60,831 nucleotides of DNA, taken from NCBI GenBank assembly GCA_947446605.1, contig CANFHJ010000003.1:1-60831 (forward strand), in the 5' to 3' direction. Below the pieces are notes generated by a model. It was not told the origin of the DNA, searched no databases, and saw nothing but the letters and a program-made list of their open reading frames with translations. Numbering within the stretch: position 1 is the first letter of the stretch; each line of letters starts with the position of its first letter. The translations under genes and the position numbers were made by a program. Positions 16,818 to 28,700 of this stretch are shown one piece after another. The DNA is from Bacteroidota bacterium. Lineage in GTDB: Bacteria; Bacteroidota; Bacteroidia; UKL13-3.

Positions 16818-16859
16818 TTTCAGATTATTAGCTTCTTAGCTAAAACTGAAATTTTTATT
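16818..16859 (+). terminator. AT-rich compound hairpin plus T-run between P2 and the first tRNA
   Basis: Outer stem TTTCAG (16818-16823) pairs with CTGAAA (16846-16851). Inner stem TTAGCT pairs with AGCTAA around loop TCTT. TTTTTATT follows. Confidence 0.35.
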
Positions 16860-16904
16860 GGACATAAACGTCGATGGAATTTTTTGGGTCACACCCAAAT
16901 AAAT

Positions 16905-16977
16905 GCCACTTTAGCTCAGCTGGTAGAGCAACTGATTTGTAATCAGTAGGTCGCTGGTTCGATTCCGGCAAGTGGCT
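16905..16977 (+). tRNA. tRNA-Thr (anticodon TGT)
   Basis: Hand-folded cloverleaf: acceptor GCCACTT/AAGTGGC, anticodon loop TTTGTAA, T-loop TTCGATT. 73 nt; CCA is encoded at 16978-16980. Confidence 0.95.
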
Positions 16978-17021
16978 CCAAATTCGATTTTCAGCTCGCA
17001 AGGGTTTGAAGATTGAATGAT

Positions 17022-17102
17022 GGGGAGATTCCAGAGCGGTCAAATGGGACGGACTGTAAATCCGTTACTTCGGTTTCGAAGGTTCGAATCCTTCTCTCCC
17101 CA
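17022..17102 (+). tRNA. tRNA-Tyr (anticodon GTA), class II long variable arm
   Basis: Acceptor GGGGAGA/TCTCCCC, anticodon stem ACGGA/TCCGT with loop CTGTAAA, T-arm GAAGG-TTCGAAT-CCTTC. 81 nt. Confidence 0.95.
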
Positions 17103-17217
17103 CGAGTGTTGTTAAGCTTTGGCTGCAGGCACATAAGACGTTTATGACATAAATAGATTGATTGTTGTTATTAAAGGTAGGGTGTTTACATTCTACCTTT
17201 CTTGGCTTCGATAAATC

Positions 17218-17290
17218 GCGGGAGTAGCTCAGTTGGTAGAGCGACAGCCTTCCAAGCTGTAGGTCGCGGGTTCGAGCCTCGTCTCCCGCT
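17218..17290 (+). tRNA. tRNA-Gly (anticodon TCC)
   Basis: Acceptor GCGGGAG/CTCCCGC, anticodon loop CTTCCAA, T-loop TTCGAGC. 73 nt. Confidence 0.95.
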
Positions 17291-17375
17291 CATGTAGGTG
17301 AGCATGTAACAGAAAAGCAACTGTTTATTGGTCACAAAAAAAAGCATGCAAGACATTGAAAAATGCCTTGCTAAA

Positions 17376-17447
<72 letters not shown>

Positions 17448-17480
17448 CAAACAAAAACTAAACTTAAAATATATAACAAA

Positions 17481-18668
17481 ATGGCTAAAGAAAAATTTGA
17501 CCGCAGTAAACCACACGTTAACATCGGTACAATTGGTCACGTTGACCATGGAAAAACAACCTTGACAGCTGCTATTACTAAAGTATTATCAGATGCAGGT
17601 TTATCAGAAGCGCGTTCATTTGAATCAATTGACTCAGCTCCTGAAGAAAAAGAACGCGGTATTACTATTAATACTGCTCACGTTGAGTATTCAACAGCTA
17701 ACCGTCACTACGCTCACGTAGACTGTCCAGGTCACGCGGATTACGTAAAGAACATGGTTACTGGTGCTGCTCAAATGGACGGTGCTATCTTAGTGGTAGC
17801 TTCTACAGATGGTCCTATGCCACAAACTCGCGAGCATATCTTGTTGGCTCGTCAGGTAGGTGTGCCTAGAATCGTTGTGTTCATGAACAAAGTGGACATG
17901 GTAGATGATGCTGAATTATTAGAAATCGTTGAAATGGAAATCCGTGATTTGTTAAACAAATACGAATTCCCTGGTGATGAAATTCCAGTTATCCAAGGTT
18001 CTGCTTTGGGTGGTTTGAATGGTGATGCTAAATGGGTTGGTAAAATTATGGATTTGATGGCAGCTGTAGATGAGTACATTCCAGTACCTCCTCGTGCAAC
18101 TGAACTTCCTTTCTTAATGCCAATTGAAGACGTATTCTCAATCACTGGTCGTGGTACAGTAGCAACTGGCCGTATCGAGCGTGGAATCGTTAACTCATCA
18201 GAAAGTGTTGATATCATTGGATTAGGTGCAGAAAAATTAACTTCAGTAGTAACTGGTGTTGAAATGTTCCGTAAGATCCTTGATAGAGGTGAAGCTGGTG
18301 ATAACGTAGGTTTATTGTTACGTGGTGTTGATAAAAACCAAATCCGTCGTGGTATGGTTATTTGCAAACCAGGTTCAGTATTGCCACACACTAAATTCAA
18401 AGCTGAAATTTACGTATTGAGCAAAGAAGAAGGTGGACGTCATACGCCATTCTTTAACAAATATCGTCCACAGTTCTATTTCCGTACCACAGACGTAACT
18501 GGCGAGTGCCAATTAGCTGAAGGTGTTGAAATGGTAATGCCTGGTGATAACGTAACTATCACTGTTAACTTGATCGCTCCTATCGCTATGGAGAAAAACT
18601 TACGTTTCGCTATCCGTGAAGGTGGTAGAACAGTAGGTGCTGGTCAGGTAACTGAAATTATCGAGTAA
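17481..18668 (+). CDS. tuf: Elongation factor Tu
   Basis: [36 protein letters not shown] and NKVD motifs. The true ATG is at 17481; the track ORF start at 17406 runs through tRNA-Thr. Confidence 0.98.
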   Translation: MAKEKFDRSKPHVNIGTIGHVDHGKTTLTAAITKVLSDAGLSEARSFESIDSAPEEKERGITINTAHVEYSTANRHYAHVDCPGHADYVKNMVTGAAQMDGAILVVASTDGPMPQTREHILLARQVGVPRIVVFMNKVDMVDDAELLEIVEMEIRDLLNKYEFPGDEIPVIQGSALGGLNGDAKWVGKIMDLMAAVDEYIPVPPRATELPFLMPIEDVFSITGRGTVATGRIERGIVNSSESVDIIGLGAEKLTSVVTGVEMFRKILDRGEAGDNVGLLLRGVDKNQIRRGMVICKPGSVLPHTKFKAEIYVLSKEEGGRHTPFFNKYRPQFYFRTTDVTGECQLAEGVEMVMPGDNVTITVNLIAPIAMEKNLRFAIREGGRTVGAGQVTEIIE

Positions 18669-18686
18669 TTAATAATACATAGCTTT

Positions 18687-18716
18687 AAATGTTGGCTAGG
18701 AAACTAGCCAACATTT
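18687..18716 (+). terminator. 13-bp perfect hairpin after tuf (terminator or processing site before tRNA-Trp)
   Basis: Stem AAATGTTGGCTAG, loop GAAA, stem CTAGCCAACATTT, followed by ATTG. Confidence 0.55.
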
Positions 18717-18725
18717 ATTGTCTAT

Positions 18726-18796
18726 ACGGGAATAGTTCAATGGTAGAATGTCGGTCTCCAAAACCGCTGATCAGGGTTCGAGTCCTTGTTCCCGTG
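18726..18796 (+). tRNA. tRNA-Trp (anticodon CCA)
   Basis: Acceptor ACGGGAA/TTCCCGT, anticodon loop CTCCAAA, T-arm CAGGG-TTCGAGT-CCTTG. 71 nt. Confidence 0.95.
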
Positions 18797-18810
18797 CAAA
18801 GAAAAAGAAT

Positions 18811-19008
18811 ATGAACAAGTTTACAGAATATATCAAATTGTCTTATGATGAGTTGATGAATAAGGTTTCTTGGCCTAGCTGGGAAGACTTGCAAGAAAGT
18901 ACCATCATTGTTATGATCGCTTCGTTGATTATAGCTTTGGTAATTGGTGTAATTGACTTAGCAAGCAGTACCTCTTTGGGCTTATTTTACCAGTTATTCC
19001 AAAGCTAA
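18811..19008 (+). CDS. secE: Preprotein translocase subunit SecE
   Basis: 65 aa with a single C-terminal TM (IIVMIASLIIALVIGVIDL), in the conserved position between tuf/tRNA-Trp and nusG. ATG 18811 is chosen because the track start overlaps tRNA-Trp. Confidence 0.85.
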   Translation: MNKFTEYIKLSYDELMNKVSWPSWEDLQESTIIVMIASLIIALVIGVIDLASSTSLGLFYQLFQS

Positions 19009-19018
19009 GGATTGAATC

Positions 19019-19573
19019 ATGACAGAACAAGGAACTGAACAATTTAAATGGTATGTAGTGCGTGCTGTTACCGGACAGGAAAAGAAGGTAAAAGCGCAGC
19101 TGGAAGTTGAACTCGAAAGAGCTGGCTTAACGGCGCAGGTTCCTCAAATTTTGATTCCAACCGAGAAGATTTATACCGTTAAAAATGGTAAAAAGATTGT
19201 GAAGGAGAAGCCTTATTTGCCAGGATATATAATGATTCATGCAGATTTAGCTGGAGAGGTTGGACACGTTATCACCTCTATCAATGGTGTAGTTGGTTTC
19301 TTGGGAGGAAAAATTACGCCAACACCTTTGAGACAATCTGAAGTGAGCCGTATTTTAGGAAATGTAGATGATATTAGCACTGATGGGGAAGCAATGGTTG
19401 AACCATACATTGTTGGTGAAAATGTGAAAGTGATAGATGGCCCATTCACTGGATTCAGTGGGGTTATTGAAGAGGTGAGTGAAGATAAAAAGAAATTGAA
19501 GGTAATGGTAAAAATCTTTGGAAGAAGAACCCCATTGGAACTCAATTTTGTTCAAGTAGAAAAAGAAAGTTAA
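19019..19573 (+). CDS. nusG: Transcription termination/antitermination factor NusG
   Basis: NGN domain (KWYVVRAVTGQEKKV) and a KOW motif (GENVKVIDGPFTGFSGVIEEV). Confidence 0.95.
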   Translation: MTEQGTEQFKWYVVRAVTGQEKKVKAQLEVELERAGLTAQVPQILIPTEKIYTVKNGKKIVKEKPYLPGYIMIHADLAGEVGHVITSINGVVGFLGGKITPTPLRQSEVSRILGNVDDISTDGEAMVEPYIVGENVKVIDGPFTGFSGVIEEVSEDKKKLKVMVKIFGRRTPLELNFVQVEKES

Positions 19574-19615
19574 ATGTAGTATAGTCTCGTACATACGAGA
19601 AAAAATTTAGATGTT

Positions 19616-20059
19616 ATGGCAAAAGAACTAACTGGTTTTATTAAACTTCAAGTTAAAGGTGGCGCTGCAAATCCAGCTCCTCCAATTGGTCCTGCTTTGG
19701 GATCAAAGGGTGTAAATATCATGGAGTTTTGCAAGCAATTCAATGCAAGAACCCAAGATAAAGCAGGAAAAATATTACCTGTTGTAATTAGTGTTTACAG
19801 TGATAAGTCGTTCGACTTTGTAATTAAGACACCACCAGTAGCTGCACAGTTATTGGAGGCTTCAAAAATTGCAAAAGGTTCTGCTGAACCTAATCGTAAG
19901 AAAAACGGTACTGTTACCTGGGATCAGGTAAAAGCGATAGCCGAGGATAAAATTGTTGATATGAACTGCTTTAAAGTAGAATCAGCAATGAAAATGGTAG
20001 CTGGAAGTGCCCGTTCAATGGGTATTACCATCACCGGTGAGAATCCTTTTAACAATTAA
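19616..20059 (+). CDS. rplK: 50S ribosomal protein uL11
   Basis: [34 protein letters not shown] motif. Confidence 0.97.
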   Translation: MAKELTGFIKLQVKGGAANPAPPIGPALGSKGVNIMEFCKQFNARTQDKAGKILPVVISVYSDKSFDFVIKTPPVAAQLLEASKIAKGSAEPNRKKNGTVTWDQVKAIAEDKIVDMNCFKVESAMKMVAGSARSMGITITGENPFNN

Positions 20060-20071
20060 AATAATTAAGAG

Positions 20072-20770
20072 ATGACAAGGATAAGTAAGAAAAGAAAAGA
20101 AGTATTAAAGAAAGTAGATGCCACTAAGGCCTACTCTTTAACAGATGCTTCTAAATTGGTAAAGGAAATCAGCTATACCAAATTCGACTCTTCGGTAGAC
20201 ATCGATATTCGTTTGGGTGTTGATCCTAAGAAGGCAAATCAAATGGTTCGTGGTGTGGTAGCATTACCGCATGGTACAGGAAAAACCATTAAGGTATTGG
20301 CATTGGTTCCTGCCGACAAAGAAGCAGAAGCTCTTGAAGCTGGTGCTGATTATGCTGGTTTGGATGAGTATATTCAAAAAATCGAAAAAGGTTGGACAGA
20401 TATCGATATCATTATCACCATGCCAGCTGTAATGGCTAAATTGGGTAAATTGGGTAAAATTTTAGGTCCTCGTAACTTAATGCCAAATCCTAAAAGTGGT
20501 ACCGTAACCCAAGAAGTTGGTAAAACTGTGAAAGAAATTAAAGCAGGTAAAATCGATTTTAAAGTAGACAAAGAAGGTATTATTCATACTTCAATTGGTA
20601 AATCAACATTTGCTCCTGAGAAGTTGTATGAAAATGCAGTTGAGTTGATCCAAACTCTTGCTAAAATGAAACCATCTTCAGCAAAAGGTACATATTTTAG
20701 AAGTATTCATGTTAGCAGTACAATGAGCCCAGGCATTACTGTTGATACCAAATCAGTACCAGGTATATAA
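20072..20770 (+). CDS. rplA: 50S ribosomal protein uL1
   Basis: [20 protein letters not shown] and [15 protein letters not shown] motifs. Confidence 0.97.
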   Translation: MTRISKKRKEVLKKVDATKAYSLTDASKLVKEISYTKFDSSVDIDIRLGVDPKKANQMVRGVVALPHGTGKTIKVLALVPADKEAEALEAGADYAGLDEYIQKIEKGWTDIDIIITMPAVMAKLGKLGKILGPRNLMPNPKSGTVTQEVGKTVKEIKAGKIDFKVDKEGIIHTSIGKSTFAPEKLYENAVELIQTLAKMKPSSAKGTYFRSIHVSSTMSPGITVDTKSVPGI

Positions 20771-20782
20771 TCCAAGAAGGCA

Positions 20783-21304
20783 ATGAAAAAGGAAGAAAAA
20801 GTACAAGTAATTGAAGCGTTGGCTGAAAAGTTCAGTCAATATAAGAATATCTATGTTACAGATATAGCCAGCTTAAATGCAGAGAAAACTAGCGCGTTGA
20901 GAAGATTGTTGTTTAAAAACGGCATCAGTCTTGAGGTAGCTAAAAACACTTTAATCAAAAAAGCTTTCGAAAAAAGTGGTCGTGATTTTGGTGCATTAAC
21001 TGATACCTTAAAAGGAAACAGTGCTTTGATGTTCTGCGAAGACATGAAAGCTCCAGCAAAAGCAATCAAAGAATTCAGAAAGAAAGATAGCATTCCAGCA
21101 TTAAAAGGTGCTTGCATAGACACTGATGTGTTTATTGGCGACAACCAATTGGATGCATTGATCGCTTTGAAATCGAAAAACGAGTTAATTGGAGAAATTA
21201 TTGGATTGTTACAATCGCCTGCACAAAACGTGATCAGCGCATTGCAATCTGGTGGTTCAACAATTGCTGGTGTAGTAAAGACATTATCAGAGCGTCCTGA
21301 ATAA
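20783..21304 (+). CDS. rplJ: 50S ribosomal protein uL10
   Basis: Position between rplA and rplL, and an L10-like sequence (LRRLLFKNGISLEVAKNTL). Confidence 0.93.
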   Translation: MKKEEKVQVIEALAEKFSQYKNIYVTDIASLNAEKTSALRRLLFKNGISLEVAKNTLIKKAFEKSGRDFGALTDTLKGNSALMFCEDMKAPAKAIKEFRKKDSIPALKGACIDTDVFIGDNQLDALIALKSKNELIGEIIGLLQSPAQNVISALQSGGSTIAGVVKTLSERPE

Positions 21305-21352
21305 TAAAGAGAAAAAATAAATACAATTAATAACAATTAAATTTTTAGAAAA

Positions 21353-21727
21353 ATGGCAGATTTAAAAGCGTTCGCGGAACAATTAGTTAACTTAACAGTT
21401 AAAGAAGTTAATGAGTTAGCTAAAATTTTGAAAGATGAGTATGGTATCGAGCCTGCAGCTGCTGCTGTAGCTGTTGCCGCTCCTGCAGCAAGTGCTGCTG
21501 AAGCTCCAGCTGAAAAAACATCTTTTGATGTAATTTTGAAAGCTGCTGGTGCAAACAAACTTAACGTTGTTAAGATTGTAAAAGACCTTACCGGTTTAGG
21601 TTTGAAAGAAGCTAAAGAATTGGTAGATGGTGCTCCAAAACCAATCAAAGAAGGTGTTGACAAAGCAACTGCTGAAGATTTGAAAGCTAAGCTTACTGAA
21701 GCAGGAGCTGAAATTGAACTTAAGTAG
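21353..21727 (+). CDS. rplL: 50S ribosomal protein bL12 (L7/L12)
   Basis: Ala-rich hinge and the C-terminal domain motif [28 protein letters not shown]. Confidence 0.97.
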   Translation: MADLKAFAEQLVNLTVKEVNELAKILKDEYGIEPAAAAVAVAAPAASAAEAPAEKTSFDVILKAAGANKLNVVKIVKDLTGLGLKEAKELVDGAPKPIKEGVDKATAEDLKAKLTEAGAEIELK

Positions 21728-21751
21728 TTCGAAATCAATTGATTTTGAAAA

Positions 21752-21780
21752 TGTGACCCCGACAAATGTCGTGGGTCACA
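21752..21780 (+). terminator. rplL-rpoB intergenic hairpin (attenuator-type partial terminator)
   Basis: TGTGACCC-C-GAC, loop AAAT, then GTC-G(T)-GGGTCACA: about 12 bp with one bulge. TCTTTGTTTA follows. Confidence 0.5.
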
Positions 21781-21832
21781 TCTTTGTTTATGCAAATCGT
21801 GCGATTGGTTAACTTTTTAATATAATTATACA

Positions 21833-24800
21833 TTGGCCAAAATTAATAACCCGACAGGAGAAAGAATTTCATTCGCTTCTGTCAATCCTGTAATTGATTA
21901 TCCTGATTTTTTGGATGTTCAGTTGCAGTCGTTCAGGGAATTCTTTCAGTTGGATACCACCTCTGAAAGTCGTACCAACGAAGGCTTGTACAAAGTGTTT
22001 TTGGAGAATTTTCCAATCACTGATACAAGAAATATCTTCGTTTTGGAATTTCTTGACTATTTTGTTGATCCACCGCGTTACTCAATTGATGAGTGTATTG
22101 AAAGGGGATTAACTTATTCGGTGCCTTTAAAGGCAAAATTGCGTTTATCTTGTAACGATCCAGAACACGAAGATTTTAAAACCATCGTGCAGGACGTTTA
22201 TTTGGGTACTATCCCATACATGACACCTCGTGGTACTTTTGTTATCAATGGGGCTGAACGTATTATTGTTTCTCAATTACATCGTTCACCTGGTGTGTTC
22301 TTTGGTCAAAGTTATCATACAAATGGTACAAAATTATATTCAGCGCGTGTTATTCCTTTCAAAGGAAGCTGGATTGAGTTTGCTACCGACGTTAACAACG
22401 TTATGTATGCCTACATTGATCGTAAGAAAAAATTCCCTGTAACTACTTTGCTTCGTGCTATTGGGTTCGAGTCTGATAAAGATATCTTGAACTTATTTGA
22501 ATTGGCAGAAGAAATTAAAGTTAGTAAATCCGGATTGAAGAAAGTTTTGGGTCGCAAATTAGCTGCCCGTGTTCTTCGCACCTGGATTGAAGACTTTGTT
22601 GATGAGGATACAGGAGAAGTGGTATCAATTGAACGTAATGAAGTAATCATTGAACGTGATACCGTTATTGAGGAAGCTCACATTGATTTAATTGTTGAAG
22701 CAGAAGTGAAGACCATTCTTCTGCATAAAAACGAATCTAGCCACAATGATTTTGCAATCATTTTGAACACCCTTCAAAAAGATACTGCAAACAGTGGTAA
22801 AGAAGCACATGAGCATATCTATCGTCAATTGCGTAATGCAGATCCACCTGACGAGGAAACAGCACGTGGTGTAATTGAAAAATTATTCTTCTCGGAAAAA
22901 CGTTACGATTTAGGTGATGTTGGTCGTTATAGAATCAACCGCAAGTTGAATAAAAACGAACCTTTATCAAACCGTGTATTAAGCAAAGACGATATCGTTT
23001 CTATCATCAAGTATTTGATTGAATTGTCAAATTCTAGAGCAGATGTGGATGATATTGATCACTTGAGTAATCGTCGTGTTCGTACAGTAGGAGAACAATT
23101 GTACTCACAATTTGGTGTTGGTTTGGCTCGTATGGCCCGTACCATTCGTGAGCGCATGAATATTCGCGACAATGAAGTGTTTACACCAACAGATTTGATT
23201 AATGCTAAGACTTTGTCTTCTGTTATTAATTCTTTCTTTGGTACGAACCAATTGTCTCAATTTATGGATCAAACAAATCCATTAGCGGAAATCACTCACA
23301 AGAGAAGGATGTCTGCCCTTGGACCTGGTGGTTTAAGTCGTGACCGTGCCGGTTTTGAGGTGCGTGACGTACATTATACCCACTACGGACGTTTGTGTAC
23401 CATTGAAACACCAGAGGGACCAAACATTGGTTTGATTTCATCTCTTTGTGTGCATGCAAAAATTAACAGCATGGGCTTTATTGAAACTCCTTACTTAAAA
23501 GTAGAGGGTGGAAAAGTTAAAGCTGGAGAGCCAGTAACTTACCTAAGTGCAGAAGATGAAGAGGGTAAAGTTATTGCGCAATCAAATGCGAAATATGATA
23601 AGGACGGTAATTTTGCTGACCATAGAATTAAAGCGCGTTACGAAGGTGACTTCCCAATGGTAGAATCCGACAAGCTTGAGTTTATGGACATTGCCCCGAA
23701 CCAAATTGTATCGATTGCAGCTTCATTGATTCCTTTCTTGGAACATAATGATGCGAACCGTGCATTGATGGGATCGAACATGCAACGCCAAGCAGTGCCA
23801 TTATTGAGGCCACAAGCCCCAGTTGTAGGTACAGGTTTGGAAGGTAGAGTAGCAAAAGATTCTCGTACGTTGTTAGTAGCTGAAGGTAAGGGTGTAGTTG
23901 AGTATGTAGATGCCAACGAAATCCGTATTTGCTATGAGCAAACAGATACAGATAAATTAGTAAGTTTTGGTACTGATACCAAAAGCTATCCATTGATTAA
24001 ATTCCGTAGAACTAATCAAAATACTTGTATCAATTTGAAACCAATTGTTCGTAAAGGACAAAAAGTTGAAAAAGGTACTGTATTGTGTGAAGGTTATGCA
24101 ACTGAAGGTGGAGAGTTGGCTTTGGGTAGAAATTTGCAGGTGGCTTTTATGCCTTGGCAAGGTTTCAACTTTGAGGATGCGATTGTAATTTCTGAAAAAG
24201 TAGTTAAAGAGGATATCTTTACTTCTATTCACATTACAGAGTATGAACTTGAAGTTCGTGATACCAAACGTGGAGAAGAAGAATTAACCAATGATATTCC
24301 AAATGTAAGCGAAGAAGCTACTAAAAACTTGGATGAAAATGGTTTGATTCGTGTTGGTTGTGAGGTAGGCGAAGGTGATATATTAATTGGTAAAATTACT
24401 CCTAAAGGTGAAACTGAACCTTCACCAGAAGAGAAATTGTTACGTGCAATCTTTGGCGATAAGGCTGGAGATGTAAAAGATGCTTCATTAAAGGCAATTC
24501 CATCAACCAATGGTGTGGTAATTGACAAGAAGTTATTTGCGCGTGCTAAGAAAGAAAAATCAGCTAAGTTAGACGATAAAGTGAAGTTGGCTAAATTGAA
24601 AGAAGAGCATGAGAAAAACCTAAAAGACATCAAAGAAATCTTAGTTGAGAAATTATTTGCTGTACTTTCTGGTAAAACTTCTGCTGGTGTATTCAATGTA
24701 TACAACGAAGAAATCATTGCTAAAGGATCTAAATTTAGCATGAAGAACTTGAATGAAGTTGATTACTCAAATGTAATGGCCAATCATTGGACCAGCGATG

Positions 24801-25648
24801 CTGAGAAAAACGATTTGGTACGTACAATTTTGACTAATTTCAAGAATCGTCATAACCAAGAATTGGCAGATTACCGTAGAAAAGAATATGCTATTAGTGT
24901 AGGTGACGAATTACCAACTGGTATTTTGAAATTGGCTAAAGTTTATATTGCTCAAAAACGTAAATTGAAAGTTGGAGATAAGATGGCTGGTCGTCACGGT
25001 AACAAGGGTATTGTAGCCCGTATTGTGCGCGAAGAAGATCTTCCTTTCATGGACAATGGTAGACCAGTAGACATTGTTTTGAACCCATTGGGTGTACCTT
25101 CACGTATGAACTTGGGTCAGATCTATGAGACTGTTTTAGGTTGGGCAGCAAAAGAATTGGAATGCAAATTTGCAACACCAATTTTTGATGGCGCAACTGA
25201 TGATCAGGTATTAGAGTATACCCGTAAAGCTGGTATTCCTGATTGGGGTAAAACCTATTTGAATGATGGATTATCAGGCGCTCGTTTTGATCAACCGGTA
25301 ACTGTAGGTGTAATCTATATGATTAAACTTGGTCACATGGTTGATGATAAGATGCATGCGCGTTCTATCGGTCCGTATTCGTTGATTACACAGCAACCAT
25401 TGGGTGGTAAAGCTCAATTTGGTGGTCAGCGTTTTGGTGAGATGGAAGTATGGGCATTGGAAGCTTATGGTGCTGCCAATATTCTACAGGAAATCTTAAC
25501 CTTGAAATCAGATGATATCATTGGTCGTGCGAAGACTTATGAAGCCATTGTGAAAGGCGATAACTTGCCTACACCTGGTATTCCAGAGTCGTTTAACGTA
25601 TTGGCACATGAGTTACGTGGTTTAGGATTAGAACTTTCACTTGAGTAA
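21833..25648 (+). CDS. rpoB: DNA-directed RNA polymerase beta subunit
   Basis: 1271 aa with canonical beta motifs ([27 protein letters not shown]). TTG start as in the track. Confidence 0.98.
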   Translation: MAKINNPTGERISFASVNPVIDYPDFLDVQLQSFREFFQLDTTSESRTNEGLYKVFLENFPITDTRNIFVLEFLDYFVDPPRYSIDECIERGLTYSVPLKAKLRLSCNDPEHEDFKTIVQDVYLGTIPYMTPRGTFVINGAERIIVSQLHRSPGVFFGQSYHTNGTKLYSARVIPFKGSWIEFATDVNNVMYAYIDRKKKFPVTTLLRAIGFESDKDILNLFELAEEIKVSKSGLKKVLGRKLAARVLRTWIEDFVDEDTGEVVSIERNEVIIERDTVIEEAHIDLIVEAEVKTILLHKNESSHNDFAIILNTLQKDTANSGKEAHEHIYRQLRNADPPDEETARGVIEKLFFSEKRYDLGDVGRYRINRKLNKNEPLSNRVLSKDDIVSIIKYLIELSNSRADVDDIDHLSNRRVRTVGEQLYSQFGVGLARMARTIRERMNIRDNEVFTPTDLINAKTLSSVINSFFGTNQLSQFMDQTNPLAEITHKRRMSALGPGGLSRDRAGFEVRDVHYTHYGRLCTIETPEGPNIGLISSLCVHAKINSMGFIETPYLKVEGGKVKAGEPVTYLSAEDEEGKVIAQSNAKYDKDGNFADHRIKARYEGDFPMVESDKLEFMDIAPNQIVSIAASLIPFLEHNDANRALMGSNMQRQAVPLLRPQAPVVGTGLEGRVAKDSRTLLVAEGKGVVEYVDANEIRICYEQTDTDKLVSFGTDTKSYPLIKFRRTNQNTCINLKPIVRKGQKVEKGTVLCEGYATEGGELALGRNLQVAFMPWQGFNFEDAIVISEKVVKEDIFTSIHITEYELEVRDTKRGEEELTNDIPNVSEEATKNLDENGLIRVGCEVGEGDILIGKITPKGETEPSPEEKLLRAIFGDKAGDVKDASLKAIPSTNGVVIDKKLFARAKKEKSAKLDDKVKLAKLKEEHEKNLKDIKEILVEKLFAVLSGKTSAGVFNVYNEEIIAKGSKFSMKNLNEVDYSNVMANHWTSDAEKNDLVRTILTNFKNRHNQELADYRRKEYAISVGDELPTGILKLAKVYIAQKRKLKVGDKMAGRHGNKGIVARIVREEDLPFMDNGRPVDIVLNPLGVPSRMNLGQIYETVLGWAAKELECKFATPIFDGATDDQVLEYTRKAGIPDWGKTYLNDGLSGARFDQPVTVGVIYMIKLGHMVDDKMHARSIGPYSLITQQPLGGKAQFGGQRFGEMEVWALEAYGAANILQEILTLKSDDIIGRAKTYEAIVKGDNLPTPGIPESFNVLAHELRGLGLELSLE

Positions 25649-25657
25649 AAATAATTT

Positions 25658-25693
25658 ATCCCGCATTCGCTAAGCAATTAGTTGATGCGGGAT
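25658..25693 (+). promoter_or_regulatory. rpoB-rpoC spacer hairpin, 9 bp, no T-tract (possible processing or pause structure)
   Basis: ATCCCGCAT (25658-25666) pairs with ATGCGGGAT (25685-25693) around an 18-nt loop. Confidence 0.3.
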
Positions 25694-25718
25694 TATCACA
25701 AATTAAATAATCGCAAAC

Positions 25719-28700
25719 ATGTCTTTGAAAAAAGAACAAAAAATAAAAGCCAACTTTACCAAAATCCGTATTGGTTTAGCATCGCCAGAGAGCATCTTAA
25801 CTAGGTCTTTCGGTGAGGTAACCAAGCCAGAAACAATCAACTACCGCTCTTTTAAACCAGAGATGGGTGGATTGTTTTGCGAGCGTATTTTTGGACCTAT
25901 CAAGGATTACGAATGCCATTGCGGTAAATACAAACGTATTCGCTACAAGGGCATTGTGTGTGATCGTTGCGGTGTTGAAGTAACCGAAAAGAAAGTTAGA
26001 CGTGAGCGCATGGGTCATATCAATTTGGTGGTGCCTGTGGCCCATATTTGGTATTTCCGCTCATTGCCAAACAAGATTGGTTATTTATTGGGTGTACCTT
26101 CCAAGAAATTGGATATGGTTGTTTACTACGAGCGTTATCTAGTATGTCAGCCAGGTATCAAAGCAAATGATGGTGTTCAAAACCTTGATCTTTTAACAGA
26201 AGAAGAGTATTTGGATATCTTAGATACTTTGCCAAAAGAGAACCAACATTTGGAAGATACTGATCCAAACAAATTCATCGCTAAAATGGGTGGTGAGGCT
26301 CTTTGGTTCATGTTGTCTAGAATTGATTTGGATACCTTGAGTTTCGACTTACGTATCAAAGCAAGTACTGAGACTTCACAACAACGTAAAAACGAAGCAT
26401 TAAAACGCTTAAAAGTAATTGAAGGATTCCGTAACTCTCAACGTCATGGCGATAACCGTCCTGAATGGATGGTTGTTAAAATTCTTCCAGTTATTCCACC
26501 AGAATTACGTCCATTAGTTCCATTGGAAGGTGGTAGATTTGCAACTTCAGATTTAAATGACTTGTACCGTAGGGTAATTATCCGTAACAATCGTTTGAAG
26601 CGCTTAATGGAAATTAAAGCTCCAGAGGTGATTCTTCGTAACGAGAAACGTATGTTGCAAGAAGCGGTGGATTCATTGTTTGATAATACGCGTCGTGTAA
26701 GCGCAGTAAAAACTGAAGGTAACCGTCCATTGAAATCTTTGAGCGATATGCTAAAAGGTAAACAAGGTCGTTTCCGTCAAAACTTATTGGGTAAACGTGT
26801 GGATTATTCTGGTCGTTCTGTAATTGTGGTTGGACCAAACCTTAAATTACATGAGTGCGGTATTCCAAAGAACATGGCTGCTGAATTATTCAAGCCATTT
26901 GTTATCCGTAAATTACTAGAGCGTGGTATTGTAAAAACAGTAAAATCTGCTAAGAAATTAGTTGACCGCAAAGAGCCTATTATTTGGGATATTTTGGAGA
27001 ACATTTTAAAAGGACATCCAGTTCTTTTGAATCGTGCCCCTACATTGCATAGATTAGGTATTCAAGCATTCCAACCAAGATTAATTGAAGGAAAAGCAAT
27101 TCAATTGCATCCATTGGTTTGTACTGGTTTTAATGCGGATTTTGACGGTGACCAGATGGCTGTTCACGTTCCACTTGGAAACGCTGCAGTATTAGAAGCT
27201 CAATTGTTAATGTTGGCTTCAAATAACATTTTGAATCCTGCTAACGGTGCGCCTATTACCGTTCCTTCTCAGGACATGGTTTTGGGATTGTACTATATTA
27301 CAAAAGGACGTAAATCAACTCCAGAACATCCAATTATGGGTGAAGGTTTAAGATTTTACTCTTCTGAAGAAGCAATTATTGCTTACAATGAAGGTAAAGT
27401 TGCCTTACATGCATGGGTTAAATGTCGTGTTAATGTTTTAGAAGGTGGCGAATTGGTTAGTCGTGTTATTGAAACTACCATGGGAAGAATTTTATTCAAC
27501 CAAGTAGTTCCTTCAGTACATCCGTATATCAATGAATTATTGACTAAAAAATCTTTACGTGACATCATTGGTGTAATGTTTAAAGAAGTTGGTCAAGATG
27601 CTTGTGCTGCTTTCTTAGATGATATTAAATATTTAGGTTTCCAATACGCCTTCCGTGGTGGCTTATCTTTCAACTTGTCATACGTGAATATTCCGGATGA
27701 AAAGGAGAAATTTATTAAACAAGCACAGGCTGAAGTAGATGAAATTTGGGATAACTATAACAATGGTTTCATTACCAATAATGAGCGTTACAACCAGGTA
27801 ATTGATATCTGGACACGTATCAACTCACGTTTGGCCGATACCTTGTTGAAGCAATTAAAAGAAGACCAACAAGGATTTAATCCTGTTTATATGATGTTGG
27901 ATTCTGGAGCGCGTGGTTCTAAAGAACAAATTCGTCAGTTAGGTGGTATGAGGGGATTGATGGCAAAACCACAAAAGAATTTGAGTGGTGGAACAGGAGA
28001 GATCATTGAGAATCCGATTTTATCTAACTTTAAAGAAGGTCTTTCGGTAATTGAATACTTTATTTCTACACACGGTGCGCGTAAAGGTTTGGCCGATACG
28101 GCTTTGAAAACTGCGGATGCGGGTTATTTAACTCGTAGGTTGCATGACGTTGCGCAAGATGTTGTAGTAAGTGAAGCAGATTGTGGTACCTTACGTGGTA
28201 TTCCAATTAGCGCATTGAAAGACAATGAAGAGGTAGTAGAAACTTTGTATGAGCGTATATTGGGTAGAACCAGTGTTCATGATATCTATGATCCAATTTC
28301 AGGCGACTTAATTATTAATGCAGGTGAGGAGATTTTTGAACAGTTTGCTCAAAAAATAGAAGAATCACCTATAGAAATTGTTGAAATTCGTTCTGCATTA
28401 ACTTGCGAAACCCGTTATGGTGTTTGTAGCAAATGTTATGGTAGAAGTATGTCAACTGGCAGAAATTCTCAAATTGGTGATGCGGTAGGTGTAATAGCTG
28501 CCCAATCAATTGGAGAGCCTGGTACACAGTTAACGCTCCGTACTTTCCACGTGGGTGGTACGGCTTCTAATATTGCATCTGAATCACATATGTCGGCTAA
28601 ATTTGCTGGTATTCTTGAGTTCGAAGAAATTAGAACAACAGAATTAAAAGGCGAAGAAGGTATCGATACCGTTATAATTGGTCGTCAAGGTGAGGTGCGT

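Noticed and set aside
16855-17043. 62-aa minus-strand ORF across the tRNA-Thr/tRNA-Tyr region.
   Set aside because: It overlaps two well-folded tRNA genes, and its sequence (…SNQRPTDYKSVALPAELKWH…) is the typical artefact of translating a tRNA antisense.
17852-18400. 182-aa ORF antisense to tuf. Similar long antisense ORFs: 20851-21336 (opposite rplJ), 21337-21795 (opposite rplL), 24229-24741, 23638-23993 and 22411-22650 (opposite rpoB), 39004-39889 (opposite uvrB), 43695-45215 (opposite mfd), and 57763-58299 (opposite fmt).
   Set aside because: All lie entirely inside strongly conserved genes on the other strand. Their products are low-complexity (Ser/Pro/Thr/Ile-rich) with no motifs. They are best explained as stop-codon-poor antisense frames.
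19586-19599. CTCGTACATACGAG mini-palindrome between nusG and rplK, considered as a possible L11/L1 leader or terminator.
   Set aside because: It has only 5-6 bp and no T-tract. It is too small to assign a function from sequence alone.
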